Of a DNA stretch of 64,000 nucleotides, positions 26,961 to 41,483 are shown in pieces. Both the position numbers and the translations under genes were made by a program. How positions within the stretch are numbered: the stretch's first letter is position 1; the number at the start of each line of letters is the position of its first letter. This stretch comes from Octopus vulgaris (taxonomy: Eukaryota), in assembly GCA_951406725.2 (NCBI GenBank), contig OX597816.1, forward strand, positions 141,670,001 to 141,734,000, in the 5' to 3' direction. The notes beneath the pieces are model-generated. The model searched no databases and was not told where the DNA came from. It was given only the letters and a program-made list of their open reading frames with translations.

Positions 26961-28940
26961 CTGTTGAATAGAAGCAGAAATAGCAGTTAAAACCTCACCA
27001 GTTGAAAGGAAATAAGATACATTGAACAAAATATTCAAAGGCACAAATATTGTAATATATAGAATCATAGAATAGGTGTGCATTATCTTACATTCAAATA
27101 TCACATAAAATTCAATAAACTTATGCTCATACACACGTACACATACACATTAACATATACACAATATGTTTTCAAAGAATACACATAATTTAATAAAAAT
27201 AATGTAAAAATTCCATATTTTATGCAGCAGTAATAAAAAAAATATATTTTATTTAATTTCTTTTGTTTAAGAAAACACATAAAATTCTTTATTTCAAGCC
27301 AGCAGCAAAAAACAGTATAATAATGTATTATTCATGTAAGATGGTAGTCATAAAACCTTTCTGTATGGTTTGGAGAGTAAACAATTATCAGTAGCTTTAA
27401 AAAAAAATACATCAATATAATGAAGAACAATTTTAACATATTGCAGCTTGAAAATTGCCAATCAGAGTGAAAAGTTTTGAGAAAACTCACTGAACTATTG
27501 TAACTGAAATGATATTTACTGAGAGTGATTTCTCAGTGATATGATGAAATTAAATCTTAGAAAATGGAACCAAATTAAACAAAATATAACATTACATTTT
27601 ACTTTAAATTCTACTCTAAGAGAAAACTCAGAAAAATGTTTTACTCCTGAGAAAGAGAATTAACATTTTGACAAACTAAGGAAAAGAAGAAAATAAAAAT
27701 TAATTTAACAATAAATTTAGAAGATGATTTTTTTTCCCCTCCCCAAATGTCTAGTATTTCAATCTCCTTATCAACAGAAATGTAGGCAACGATATTAAAT
27801 GTTTAAATCTTGGGAAATTTAATATATAAAAAAACTGTTTTGTCTAATATAATACACTTCCTTTGCTTTTGTAGTTTTTTCCATTACAGAATATATGTGC
27901 TTGTTTTGCTGACCTGGGAAAGATCTTAAACATAAATTTATGAATTATAAAAATTTTTGCTTAATGGGGAGAATTATAAGTAAATGGGAAAAAATTTTGT
28001 TTATGAGAATAGCAGTGAAGCAAAGTTAACAACATATTCTATGATAAATCTTAAGTTGACATGGTTATTCATACACTAAGACTATTCTTCTGACATTTAT
28101 CCAATACCTTGTAGTGAATATAAACAATTCAAAAATGGCTTTGTTGTAGCTTTCTATTATGGAATTTAGGAAGAACCTCAAAAAAAGGAAGAGGCCAGAT
28201 TTGGTCAGATTTAGTATATTTTGCTGAAAATGATGTAAACTAACTGTCATTTCTCATTATAAATATAATATAGATATACTGTTCTATTTTCTCATATTGC
28301 TATCTTGATGTTGTGATCTAGTTAGGTAATATAATGTGTTTATAGAAATATGGAAAGAAAAATAAAATTTATGTTTCTATCCTTCAGACAACAATTTGAG
28401 TAAATATTCCCAATTTATTGATTTACTGATGTAAGTCTTCTTTGCCATAGACGATGGTATACTTGGAGACTACACTGATTATTTTACAGCTTATAGAAAT
28501 TCATATAACAAATACTGAATAATTCTAGGACAGGCTTAAATATAGAAAACAGAAAGTGAAGAAGAGACAAAGAAATTAATAGGTGTTTAAATGCTAAAAA
28601 TCTTCCCTTGATAAAAGACATTTATAACAAATTTGAAAATATAGTTGAAATTTCTTCATTTGATAAGTTTCTTTTTTGAATAAGAATTTCATATTATTAC
28701 AATAAGGCTGTGAGCTTGCAGAATTGTTAGCACACCAGGCAAAATGCTTAGCAGCATTTTGTCTGTCCTTATGTTTTGAGTTCAAATTCTGCTGAGGTCA
28801 ACTTTGTCTGTCATCCTTTCAGGGTCAATAAAATAAGTACCAGTTGAGCAGTGGGGACAATGAAATCAGCTTTCCCTCCCTGGAAACTGTTAGCCTTGAA
28901 CAAAAATTTTAAATCCTCCTCCTCCTCCTCCTCATCATCA

Positions 28941-28983
<43 letters not shown>

Positions 28984-29011
28984 GATTATTATTATTATTA
29001 TTATCATTATA

Positions 29012-29052
<41 letters not shown>

Positions 29053-29487
29053 CATATTTTTTCCTTCTTTCTTCAAATTTTCTTCCGTTTCTTGCCGAGT
29101 GTTTTCCATACACCTAGGGCAGAGAAGGGCATTGTATGCATTTCCAGATTACACGCGCAAATTCAAAGATAAAATATGTATTTAAAAATTAATAACTAAA
29201 TAAATTCATGGATGGATGTTATTTTCACAGCGATAGTGCTCTTCTCAGTACATGAGCCATTCCAGTTAATACGATTTTTTGCACTTCCTGTAGGGATGGT
29301 AAGCCTGGAATCATTTTCAAATAGGTTTCAGTACTTTTTTTTATCATTCTTAGAGATCCTACAATCACTGATGCCACATCTTTTTCAATTTCTATTAGCA
29401 GGTTTTTATATTTACTAATCTTGTCAAATTCTTTCACTGCTATATTGTGATCACAGGGAATACTCATGTCAATTAATAAACACGTCC

Positions 29488-29490
<3 letters not shown>
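29053..29490 (-). mobile_element. 5'-truncated R4/Dong-clade non-LTR retrotransposon in (TAA)n
   Basis: CLLIDMSIPCDHNIAVKEFDKISKYKNLLIEIEK...LQEVQKIVLTGMAHVLRRALSL is the R4/Dong endonuclease C-terminus. A 3' UTR follows, and (TAA)n lies on both sides. Confidence 0.85.
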
Positions 29491-29528
<38 letters not shown>

Positions 29529-30454
29529 CATTATTATTATTTTTCACAAATATAATTTTTTTCCATTTTTTAACCTGAAATTATAATAGCACAAATTATT
29601 TTTGGCAGTAGCCCTTATCAAATTGAATTTAAATGGCTTCAACATACAACATTTTAAGAATAATTATGTACACAAATGAAATCCACAGCATTAGTTGTGA
29701 TCCAATAGCTTCAATGGCTTCACAAAATTGATTAGTTGTTACAGAGTTTAACAATTATTTTATATATTCCAAATAATAAAGTATCTCTAGTGATGTTTCC
29801 AATGCTAATGCATGTTTAAAAACCTGTTCAAATAAAAAACAAAAAAAACCATTTCCAACTCATGCTTGCAAGGAAAGCAAATGTAAAATGATGATGATGA
29901 AAAAAAATGAAAAAAAAACACTTTCACCTCATGCTTACAAGAAAAGTGAATATGATGATGATGATGACGCTGAGGAGGAGGATGATGACGATGACAAGGT
30001 GGAGGTGGAGAGTGATGACTTGTATAAAAACGATATAATTTAATGTAATTTCAAAATTAAAGCTTGCCTTGAGAGTATGTGACTCTGAAAATTAACATAT
30101 CACAATTTTCACTAAGTTCAACTTCAGTTTTGAGGTCATCTACACCGTGAAAGCATCAACATTTATGATTTGGTTGTGTAGGTTTTATCATTTTCTCTAC
30201 CGTAATCTATGTAATTATTGCTGAATAAAATATCTGTTTATATGCAATTAGGAAATTTTGCAGACTGAATCTTGCTAAAAAGAAAATTAAATGTAATTCT
30301 ATTGAAACATTTGTAAATTTACTAAAATCAATTAATCTAATTCATTTCATAACCGGTTGAGACATTTGACATCTCTCACTTGCAATATCTTTTTAACCTT
30401 TTAAGGCTTTAACTTCAGTCAAGTGAAGTCTTGCAGGGAAATTAATACAAGGTT

Positions 30455-30624
30455 TGCAGGAATGGCTATGTGGTAAGAGCTTGTTTACCAAGCACATGGT
30501 TTCAGGTTCAGTCCCATTGCATGGCACCATGGGCAAGTGCCTTCTACCATAGCCCTGGGCTGACCAAAGTCTTGTGAGTGGATTTGGTAGACAGAAACTG
30601 AAAGAAGCCCATCGTATGTATGTG

Positions 30625-30667
<43 letters not shown>

Positions 30668-30862
30668 GTTCGTGTCTCTGTGTTTGTCTCCCTACTACCA
30701 TCACTTAACAATCAATGCTGGTGTGCTTATGTCTCTGTAACTTAACAGTTTGGCAAAAGAGACCAATAGAATAATTACTAAGCTTAAAAAGAATAAGTCC
30801 TGGGGTCAATTTGTCCTATTAAAGGTGGTGCTCCAGCATGACTGCAGTCAAAAGAATAAAAG
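30455..30862 (+). mobile_element. tRNA-derived SINE, family A, full length
   Basis: Homologous to 56671-57062. Confidence 0.85.
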
Positions 30863-32271
30863 CAATATAGAACAAAGTAATATTTAACTGTAGTGTGTGG
30901 TGACTAGTACTGGTGCATCTACATCTTCCACATATGTAAATTCCCAGTGCAATGAGAAAAATGAAATTTGTAATTCTTGTGTTATAGCATTGGCACATGG
31001 CTCAGTTGCTAGTGTCGGCCTCACAATCATGAAGTAGTAAGTTTGATTCCTGGACTGGGGTGTGTTGTGTTCTTGAGCAGGGCACTTTACTTCATATTGC
31101 TCCAGTTCACTCAGCTGTAGAATGAGTGGCGATGTCACTGGTGCCAAGTTGTATTGGACTTTGCCTTTCCTTTGGATAACATCAGTGGCAAGGAGAGGGG
31201 AGGCTGGTATATATGGGCAACTACTGGTCTTTCATAAACAACCTTGCCCAGACTTGTGCCTTATAGAAGAACTTTCTTGGTGCAATCCCATAGTCATTCA
31301 TGACTGAAATGGGCTTTTTCTCTTTTTATGGAGTGTTAGTATGATGCAACACCAATTTTTCTGCAGCCTTGGTTCAAGACCTGTGCCAGATTATTCATTT
31401 TGCTAGATTAAAAGATGTCATGTAATAATAATTCTGAATAAATTCCTAGAAGACTAGAAGACTGCTGCTATGTTATTAATAACTTTCTCACGACTAAACA
31501 TTCATGATGCACATTTGTTTATTCATTGGAAACATTCTTCCAATCCTTCAGCTATAATAGTAACACTAACCACCAAACCACTGGGCCCCTGCTAGACTTC
31601 TTTTGAAACATAACTGTGAAAGAGCATATATTTACCTTTCCCTCTTTCATGCTGAGATATTGAATTCTCTGCATTGAAGGTAATTTGCCTATTAACTTGC
31701 TTTTCATAATGAGAGTATTCCTTTGGAGGTTAGCAGAGAAGGTAGACTTTGCATGCTGCAAGTGTACAAGGTAATGATTACTAAATCATATCCAAAATAG
31801 ACTCTCACCAATGCCTAAGTGGCTCTATAAAAGTATTCACCCATATAATTAATCAGGTTCTACATGGTGTCATATCCAATGACTGGTGTAGGCATCATTA
31901 TAGTTAGCTATTACAAGGATAAAGGAAATACCTAATATAGTGATAATTACAGATATCATACTGCCAAGCAAATGCTTTCTTCTATAGTCCTGGGCCGACC
32001 AAAGCTTTGTGAGTAGATTTGGTAGATGGAAACTGAAAGAAGGCCATTTCATGTTTGTGTATTATTTTTATTCATTTTCAATCTTCTGCAAAATCATGTC
32101 TGGTCATTGGGAAATATTACCTTGCTTGGAAACGGGTGAGGGTTAGTAACAGAAAGAGCATTCGGTCACAGGAAATCAGTCTCAATATACTCCATCCAAC
32201 CCACGCAAGCATGGGAAAGATGTTAAAATAACAATGATAATATATATGTATATGTGAGTAGAAATATCCGC

Positions 32272-32314
<43 letters not shown>

Positions 32315-33038
32315 CACATGGATTAGGGTGTTGTGCTCATGATCAGAAGATTGTGGTTTGGAATCCCAGACTGGACAATGTATAGTGTTCTTTAGTTAAA
32401 CACTTCGTTTCACATTACTCCAGTGCACTAAGTGGGCAAAAATGAATAATCCTGTGATGGACTAGAGTCTTGTCCAGGTAAGGGTGGAATATAACTGCCA
32501 CAGAACCTTATGAGCCTATGGCTCAGGAAGGACCTTTGATCCTAGTTTGATATATGTGTATGTTTTCATACTGTTACAGTCAAGTCTACAAAACTTTTTT
32601 TATAGTCTCTCATCTCTTTAGTACATCTATCACTCACCTCTCTATTGCACATCCTTCTTATTAGACCTTTTTTATCATTCATCTGTCTATCACTTAACAG
32701 TCTAATGTGCATGTTGTTGATACTCATTTCTCAATCACTCTCTTCTTCTTCTTCTTCTGGTACTGCTGCTGCTGCATTTCCTCCTCCTCATTATTATGGC
32801 ATTAAACTGCTATCAGGACTCTTCTGCTCATCACACATTACTTCCAGTATAACTTAAAAGGACTCATCCTGGTTCTCCCTCCAACATTCGACTCCTCTGT
32901 TTTTCATCTTTATCATCCTAGCTCTCTTGTCTATCTCAAAGTATACGCATGAAGGACCTTGTCTTATGTACACCATACACTCTTACCTACACTTCCTGTG
33001 ACCACACTTATACACATACATGCACACATCCCTACACA

Positions 33039-33082
<44 letters not shown>

Positions 33083-34682
33083 GTTGAAATTTTTTGGTAT
33101 CATTTATTCACCATTACACATGTTTTATTTACTGATAGCTATCACAAAGTTATACATGTTGGATAAACATGTAAGAAATTTTTTATAAGAAATTTTTCAG
33201 ATAGAGAATCAAATAATATAAAGTTTAGATTTTACCCTACCTGTTTTCAGTTTTCTATGTAGAAAAAACATGTCTGGGCTATTTATTGTTCAATAGACTG
33301 GGGAATCATCTTATTTCAAAACAAATGGGAATTAGCAACAGGAAGGGCATCTGGCTGTAGAAAATTCTGCCCTAACTTACTTATATAACCCATGCAAGCA
33401 TTGAAAAGTAGACATTAAAAGTATTATTATTATTGTTGTTGTTGTTGTTGTTATCGTTATTATGGTGATGATGATGAGTATGTATGTATGTACATTGAAT
33501 CATATTTTATATTTTACCATTTCTTTAAACAATTATTCTTTAGAGTTCTTTTGAAAATTGACAATTTTTCTTACAAATAATGTCCGTTATGTTTTTGGAG
33601 ATGTAATGATGAAAATGAAATAAGAAAAAAATGAAAGAAAATAAAGCAATGATATAAGCAATGAAGATTTTTTAGAATATCAATAATTCTAACTTTAAAT
33701 ATGTTGTGAGAACGTACAATCATATTTAAAGTAAGGAAAAAACATAAATACACATAAATGAAGTTAGATTGAAATGTCAGACATCATTTTTTAAAATCGG
33801 TTTCTGCATTATTTTAAATAATTCAAAGCTAACTGTTCATTTAATCAAACTAAAATCACTCTGTCCCTGTCTCTCTCTCTCTTTCTCTCACACACATACA
33901 TACACACAACTTTTTTGTCTTGTCTATTTGTTTTATTTCACTCTTTTCTCTAAACTATTTGTTTTAAGTGGTAGAAACAACATCAGATCCACTGTCATGA
34001 TGTGATAGTGGATTTCTTTGTGCTGAAATCTTACAAAAGCCATGCACAAACACATAAATTATGTATGTATGTGTGTCTGTGTGTGTGTGTATATTAAAGA
34101 ACACAAATGGGGCTCAAAATTCACAACAGCTGTTTCAGCAAAATTTTATTGATGCATTCTTATATTACATCATGGCAAAACCCTACCATGGTAGTTGGTG
34201 AACTGGTCATCTTACCTGTTTATATGCTTAAGATTTACCTGATGATGGTGAGTTTTTGTCATAATGTAATCTAAGACTGCATCAATAAAATGCTTCCAAA
34301 ACAGCTATTGTGTTCTTCTTTTATACATATGCTACTCTTAGAACCATTCTTGGGTTAGATCTGCAGTTCATATTGGATTGGGTACCTATGTATTTATGTA
34401 TCTGTCTATATGTATATTTATATGAATAGATAGATGTAATGTACATATACATACTTACTACCAATATACTACCAATAAATAGCAACTAAGAGTTGCTTCA
34501 ATCTACAGCTGGCTCAACACTAAGTAACTAGCCAATCCTGGTGCCCTACATATTGATATACTTAGATTCTAATGAATCCTGCAACTGAGATCATCATCAT
34601 CATCATTTAATGTCCGCTTTCCATGCTAGCATGGGTTGGACGATTTGACTGAGAACTGGCGAACCAAATGGTGTGGGTATAT

Positions 34683-34722
<40 letters not shown>

Positions 34723-34883
34723 CAAGAACCGGTGCATTCACCATAATACGACCATTGGATGTCGATTTGAGGGAGAGAGTGAGCTAAAATGTGGCATGAA
34801 CATTTGATCACTATAAACAAAGGTCATTTGGCAAAAGCAGAATGCTCATATGTCATCTTCGATGGGAGAGTCCATTATATATA

Positions 34884-35065
34884 CATCATCATCATCATCA
34901 TCATCATTTAGCGTCCGTTCTCCATGCTAGCATGGGTTGGACGGTTCAACTGGGGTCTGTGAAGCTGGAAGGCTTCATCAGGCCCAGTCAGATCTGGCAG
35001 TGTTTCTACGCCTGGATGCCCTTCCTAATGCCAACCACTCCGTGAGTGTAGTGGGTGCTTTTTAC
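34884..35065 (-). mobile_element. Short RTE 3'-tail copy (others at ~8380-8640, 16680-16945, 21260-21425, 34595-34670, 37555-37690, 37950-38190)
   Basis: Near-identical to 47702-47880 and ends in (GAT)n on the element strand. Confidence 0.8.
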
Positions 35066-35484
35066 GTGGTATGTGTATATATATAGTGTATGTGTGTGTG
35101 ATGTATGTATGTATGTATGTATGTATATATATATATATGTATATATGTATATAAATATATATATATATATAGTGTGTTGTGTGCATGTATGTATGTATAT
35201 GTATGTATGTATATATATAGTCATCTTCAGTGACTGCAGTGTGTATGTGTATATATGTATGTGTGAGAATGCATCTGTATGCAAGTCAATAGTATATCAG
35301 AGAGGATTCAACTTGCAGGCCTACCATTGAGTTCATGAGAGAGAGAGATAGAGAGATAGAGACCGATCTAATGTACTGGGTATAAACATAAACACACATA
35401 CATGTATACATACACATTATATATGTGCATGTAAAGTTTAGCATTCTGTATTGTCTGTACAAAAGGATTATTTATGAAAATGAC

Positions 35485-35930
35485 ATTTTTCCTCTCCTAT
35501 CATATCTATTTTGCATGTAAAGCATAGAATGGAAGTTTCAAATCTAGTTAACATTATGTATTCTGTTCTGTACTGTTGTTTCTATTTTAGTCCCCATCAC
35601 CTGCAGATGGCGCATTCTTACATCTTCACATTTCATTGCTATAGCTCATAGACAATAAATAAATTTAAACCAAACACAAATTTTTCAGAGTTATGTATAT
35701 ATATATTGGTTGTCAGACATAACTCTGTATATACATAGTTATTCAGATATAACTTTGGAAAACTAAACTTAATTTTAAATTCCTTAATTGTCCATTAGGT
35801 GCACTGATGTCTGTCTGCAAATGATGAATACTGAGAAAACAATTGCGAATAAAATTTTAAACTTCAGTTAGATTTGAAACTTCATTCTATGCTTCACAGA
35901 AGATGAATAAAATGATGGGAGAGAAAAAAA
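35485..35930. mobile_element. Old MITE-like inverted repeat
   Basis: aagcatagaatggaagtttcaaatcta versus tagatttgaaacttcattctatgctt. Confidence 0.5.
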
Positions 35931-36189
35931 TAGAATAGACTTATGTGCTTCATGATTAAAAAAAATTATTATTTCATGTTCTCATATGACATCAATGACA
36001 TATAATTCTTGCTGGTATTTCTACAAGAGATTTGCATTTGAGTCCCATGGGCAGCCTGCAAGTTTTTCTATTCAAAAGCAATTTTCTATCCAATATTTAC
36101 ATGCACTTTCTTAAAGCTTTATGTTCTCTGCAATCCACTCTTTCAAAAAAGAATACCTAACATTATATATATTAAACTTAAACTTAGCC

Positions 36190-36600
36190 CTTCCCACATT
36201 GTGAGATGCATAATGCAGCAAGCTTCCTCCAACATGTTTGATCTACAGTTGCTACCATTTTTATCTGATTGGTCTTTATGCATTTGAAGTCTCTCTGGAA
36301 TGCCTGACACTAGGCATTCTTGGACTGACTTCTTTGCTCTTTTCTGTCTTTTGGCATCCATGTCTTTGCAGTTTTTGCATACCAAGTAGTTTTTGGTAGG
36401 TATAAAACATCACTTGTCAGCCAAAACTGTTTTTCAATGCCTAGGATTGATTTTGCAAAAAAGATTTCCTTATTTGTAATTCTATTTTGTCAGGTGACTG
36501 TGGGGCTCTTCTATAGATATATTAAGGACATTATCCCACTTTGTGGCTAGCTTTGCTGATACTTTCCCTCATTCCACTGCTATACACAATAATTGGCAGA
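36190..36600 (-). mobile_element. Degraded RTE/BovB-like LINE 3' fragment
   Basis: VT*QNRITNKEI (compare WQDRITNxEV), LPK..WYAK and terminal WRKL motifs. Confidence 0.6.
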
Positions 36601-36865
36601 ACAAATTCTGTTTGACTGATGGAAATATGAGTATCACTGAAGCAGATACACATACATGATGATACACATGTATATCTGAAACAACATGATCTGGGGTTTG
36701 GTCCCACTTTGTGTCATTATGAGGGCAAGTTTTTTCTGCTAAGCTTCAGGTTGACCAACGACTAGTGAATAATTTTGTTGAAAAAAAAGTATGCAATGTT
36801 TGTGTGCGCGTGTGTGTGTGTTTACATATGTATGTGTGTGTGTTGTGTGTGTGTCTATACATTTA

Positions 36866-36911
<46 letters not shown>

Positions 36912-39682
36912 TACACACTCACACATATATCTTTTCTTAATTAAAAAAAAAAACTTGTCTGTGCATGAGTTTTCAGATATCTGCTGTCGCTTTTATGTTG
37001 AATCCATACTCTCACTGATATCACTTGTGGTTTTGCAAGTGAAACAAAATATAGTTGCTTGGTGGTGGTGGTAGGTGTGGTGATGGGGTTGCCAAAACAA
37101 AACAAAAAAATCAACTTATGAAACTAAAAATAACATTAATCTAATTCCAATGCATGAATTTCATCAATTTAAGATTTAAAAAATTGTAAATATTCATGAG
37201 GAGAGTAAATAAAGTTTTATTTAATTCATTTCATGTATTAGAAAATAGTAAATATTTATAAGTTGAGTTAATAAAGCTAGAGCTTTTTTAATTTGAAACT
37301 GGGCAAGATAATACAAATCACCTTATGGTGATTATCAGTTAAAAAAAAACAAAAACTGAAGAATACCAAGATCTTACTGGTATTTATAAGTTGTTATAGA
37401 AATAAGCCGTAATAAGATTGCTACTGAGAAGCCATAATGACGTTTTGATAAATGGTAACTTTGATCTTATATAGCGATTGACAAACTGTAACTTCAATGG
37501 TAGTAACAACAAGAACAACAATGTTGCTGCTGCTGCCACTGCCACCACCATTGTCATGTAACATCTGTTTTCCATGCTGGCATGGGTTGGAGGGTCTGGC
37601 AAGAGCTGGCAAGCCAGAGGATTGTGCCAATCACTATTGTCTGTTTAGGCATGGTTTCCTAATACCGACCACTTGTCAGAATGTACTGGGTGTAGATTTA
37701 CAAATGGTAAATCACTGATTCATTAAATTTCTAAAAACTAAGGCATCAAGGACTGTGTTCTTGCAAAGGGTTTCATTTGAAGAGCACTAGCTTTTCCTCT
37801 GCTTTTACATTATTCACCAATGTATATCAACAAAAGATATTAAAAAAATGGTATATACACATACATACATAAATGCATATTTATGTATATATATTTTTAT
37901 AGTTCAAATATATGAGGCATTTACAAGCAGACAATCAACATCATCAACATCATCATCATCATCATCATCATTTAACGTTTGTTTTCTATGCTGGCATAAG
38001 TTAAATGGTTTGACTAGAGCTGGTAAGCCTGAGAGCTGCACAAGTTCTAATCTGATTTAGCTTGGTTTCTATGGTTTGATGCCCTTCCTAATGCCAACCA
38101 CTCTACAGAGTGTACTGGATGTCTTTCCTGTGCCACCAGCATGGGTGCCTTTTATGTGTCACCAGCATGGGTTCTTTTCACATGTCACTGGCACTGGCCT
38201 TGACCATGATTTCAATTAGCCTTTCTACTACTTCTATATATGTGTGTGTGTGCGTGTGTGTGTGTGTGTGTGCATGTGTGTGTGCACGCATGTGTGATGG
38301 CATATGGCCTAGTGGCTAGGGTGTTACACTCATGATCTTGCAATTGCAGTTTCAATTCCTGAGCCAGGTGGTGTATTTTATTCTTGAGCAAAATACTTCA
38401 TTTCATGCTGCTCCAGCCCATTCAGCTGTAATGAATAACCCTGTGATGGACTGGTGTCCTTTTCAGGAAAAACTGTAGTGATTGTGGTCACTTTATGCTA
38501 TGGAAACTGGGTAACTGGCCCTATGAATCTTAAGGCTCAAGACATATGTTACTATAAATCATCATTATCATCATATAACATCTGTTTTCCATGCTGGCAT
38601 GGGTTGGACAGTTTGACTCATCACACAACACACACATAACAGACTGCTGTACTGTTTGTTTCTTGCAATCATAAACCACTCATAGAGGATTTGTTAAACT
38701 GAAGCTATGGTAGAAAGTGCATACTGAAGCCTGTTGCATAGTGGGATCATTGTTGGAACTACATGATCATGAAACAAAGCTGGAGCAAGGAGAGTTTGAA
38801 AACAATATAACTAAAACTTATTAAATACAAAAGGAGGAATGAAAGCCTGAAGATATTAGAGATATGCAAGGCTATATATAGCCCATAGCAACAACCGCTG
38901 TTTGTATGCAGTATATACTGAGAGTAAATTCTGAAGTTAAAAATCATCTTTTAATGATATTTCTCTATGCACCTCAAGCTAGCATAAATTTTTTGACATT
39001 TAAGAAGTTGATGATTAATATCTAATTAATACTTATAAAAATGAAAACATAATTAATATTAATCTAAAAAATATCTTGTTTCAGGCAATAATCTATTTGA
39101 ATTATGTATATGCACATGTGTATGCGTATGCTTGTAGATTACTGCCCAAAAACTATTTATCTTAGCTGTTAGGATACAGACACTCTTGTGTATTTACACT
39201 TACTCTTGTATGTGAATATGTATGCATATTAGTGCATCTGAATATTTGCATGTAAACACTTATATACATAGACTGTTATGTGCAGATCTATAAGTAGATA
39301 CACATACACATGTATGATCCTATATATGTGCTTTTATGCATGAGTACATGCATATTTCTTTACATGTGTGCATATATGTGAATGATTTTTTGTTAATTAG
39401 TTCTATGCACATCTGCATATATACTGAGGTATGTGAACGTTTTTATAATTGTTACTTAATAATTAGTGCTTAATGCAAGAGGTAATCATTCTCTAAGTGA
39501 TTTCTATTTTTTAATGTATTATGCATTTTGATGTCTCCAGATGTTATTATTTTTCTGTGCACTGGTTTGGTTGGTTGTTTTTCATTGGTTGTTTTAAATA
39601 TACCTTTACTACTATTTCTAATGTTACTGTATCATGGGGTATGTAACTAGCTTGTAGTCTGTGCCATTTAAAAGAAAATATA

Positions 39683-39898
39683 CATGGGGTGCTGAAAGGT
39701 TCCTGGCCTTAAGGGTATTGCAAAAGGCCTGGTTGCAGGCCCAACCTTCTGAGTTCTTTCACAGGGCTTAGAAAAACTGAAAGACTGTTGCAATAAGTGT
39801 GTGAATCTGAGAGAGGAATATGTTCAATAATATCATAATTAACTGTTCATCCAGTATTTTCTTTTATCCAAAGCCAGGAACTTTTCATCACCTCCTCA
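39683..39898 (+). mobile_element. Mariner-derived MITE
   Basis: TA-flanked inverted repeats (ggtgctgaaaggttcctggc / gccaggaacttttcatcacc). The interior keeps a transposase C-terminal remnant (KCVNLREEYVQ*). Confidence 0.75.
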
Positions 39899-40039
39899 TA
39901 TTTATTCTGACATTTGCAATGTGATAACAACCTATTTTTTTGTTCTTGTCTTTTTTCTTAGCAAACATATTTGTTATGCGATTATGCAGTGTACAAAGGG
40001 TACACTTCAGAAACATTCATGTATGCATTTATATGTTTT

Positions 40040-40480
40040 ATATTCATATTAAAGCAGTTCCTTAAATCCCAAATATGCTTTGATAGAGTTATTGCGTTTC
40101 TGCTATCAATGTTGTAGAATATGTGTAAGTGTTGCATGTATCTGGGTTTGAACATGTTACTTGTTGCACTGATGTTGCCAGTCATTGATATGTCCCACCT
40201 GCCTTGTCATGTAAATCACTGCTTTCTTTAGATACATTCTATTTAAAGGTCATGCCCTTGATCTGCTGCAACTACCTCTGTGTTTGGCTATTAGTGGTGA
40301 AATTCTTGATGTATGGTTATTTTTATGGCTTAGATTACTTTTACCTGGTTTATGTAGCTATAGATGACTTTGTATTATTCATGTTTAAGAGCTTGTGGTA
40401 TCTATGGGTAGTTGTTGACTGTTTGGAGATTACTATTAAGAATTCTTTGCCATGTTTACATTTAAATTAAAGAGTGACTG
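40040..40480 (-). mobile_element. Penelope-like element GIY-YIG endonuclease and linker remnant
   Basis: SATSNMFKPRYMQHLH...RNAITLSKHIWDLR and THRYHKLLNMNN match Penelope-type motifs. Confidence 0.75.
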
Positions 40481-41113
40481 GAACTAGATGAAGTTTCTTT
40501 TCTGGATTTGTTTGGCTTCTTGTTTGTTCGTATAGCTCTAGATTTTCTAGATTTTTTAAGAACACATACACATATGTGAGGGGTTGTGTGTGTTTCATCA
40601 TCGTCATTTTAATGTGTACTTTTCTATGCTCGAATAGGTGATATGGAATTCTTTAGGCAAATCTTCTACATTCAGATGCTCTTCCTATCACCATCCTTCA
40701 CCTGTTTCCTGGCAAGATATTTCCCTCAATCTGTCAAGCAATGTACAGTCTAGGTAAAATTACAAGCTTTTTTGTTTACAAAGGTTACGCAACATGACAA
40801 GACATGTCAAGAAGCCTAGACATGCTTTTACAATTGATTGCAAGCATTTCAACACCACCAGTATTTGTCAACAAGGTTGTTGTTTTGTTTAGGAGTTTGT
40901 GAATACATGTTAGACAAAGAAAATATTACCATATGCAATGGCACATGAAATAAAACATAGTTTGACTGAGTTGAGATATGGAAGTTTACAGTGCACTTGC
41001 TCATTTACTTGTAACAACCAGTAAGCAAGCTGCAACTGTGCTGATGAAAATTTTAACATGTAAAAAGAGAAACAGGACATAGTATATGCAGAATATTAAG
41101 TATATATAGAATA

Positions 41114-41483
41114 CAAGCAAAACGCTCCCCCCCCCCGTCCAATGGACGGTGCTGAGTTGTCAAACATTTAAACCAAATTTTCTCAAAACAACTTGTCTGA
41201 CTGTCCCATTTTGTGGCATTATTTCAAACCAGCTGGTTTTTTTGCGCAAACTGCACAATCATTTTTCTCGCATATGCATAGTATCGATTGCAACAGTTGA
41301 TGTACTTGCATGTACAAATGCACGTTCCCACGGCTTTATCGATTTTTGTAATTTTTTCAAAACTTATACATGCCTTGATACTGTCAGTATCTATATATCA
41401 AATTTGAGTGCAACAGGATGGAGGATGCCCGAAATCCTAGAAGACACACACACAGACAGACAGAATGGATTTTATATAATAGA
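41114..41483 (-). mobile_element. Non-autonomous Helitron
   Basis: Minus strand begins a|TCTATTATATAAA then (CTGT)n. Subterminal GC hairpin ccgtccaatggacgg; ends CTTG|t (degenerate CTRR) at an AT target. Confidence 0.7.

Noticed and set aside
31636-31755. Open minus-strand segment bounded by ttgcag and gtaaat
   Set aside because: Phase 0 is incompatible with the phase 1 exon downstream, and there is no homology.
32643-32664. tattgcacat, matching the start of miR-32/miR-92 (miR-32 lies in a vertebrate TMEM245 intron)
   Set aside because: It is antisense to TMEM245, only ~10 nt match and no precursor hairpin is evident.
37378-37485. AG...GTAAG-bounded segment as an upstream exon
   Set aside because: Stops in all three frames and no TMEM245 similarity.
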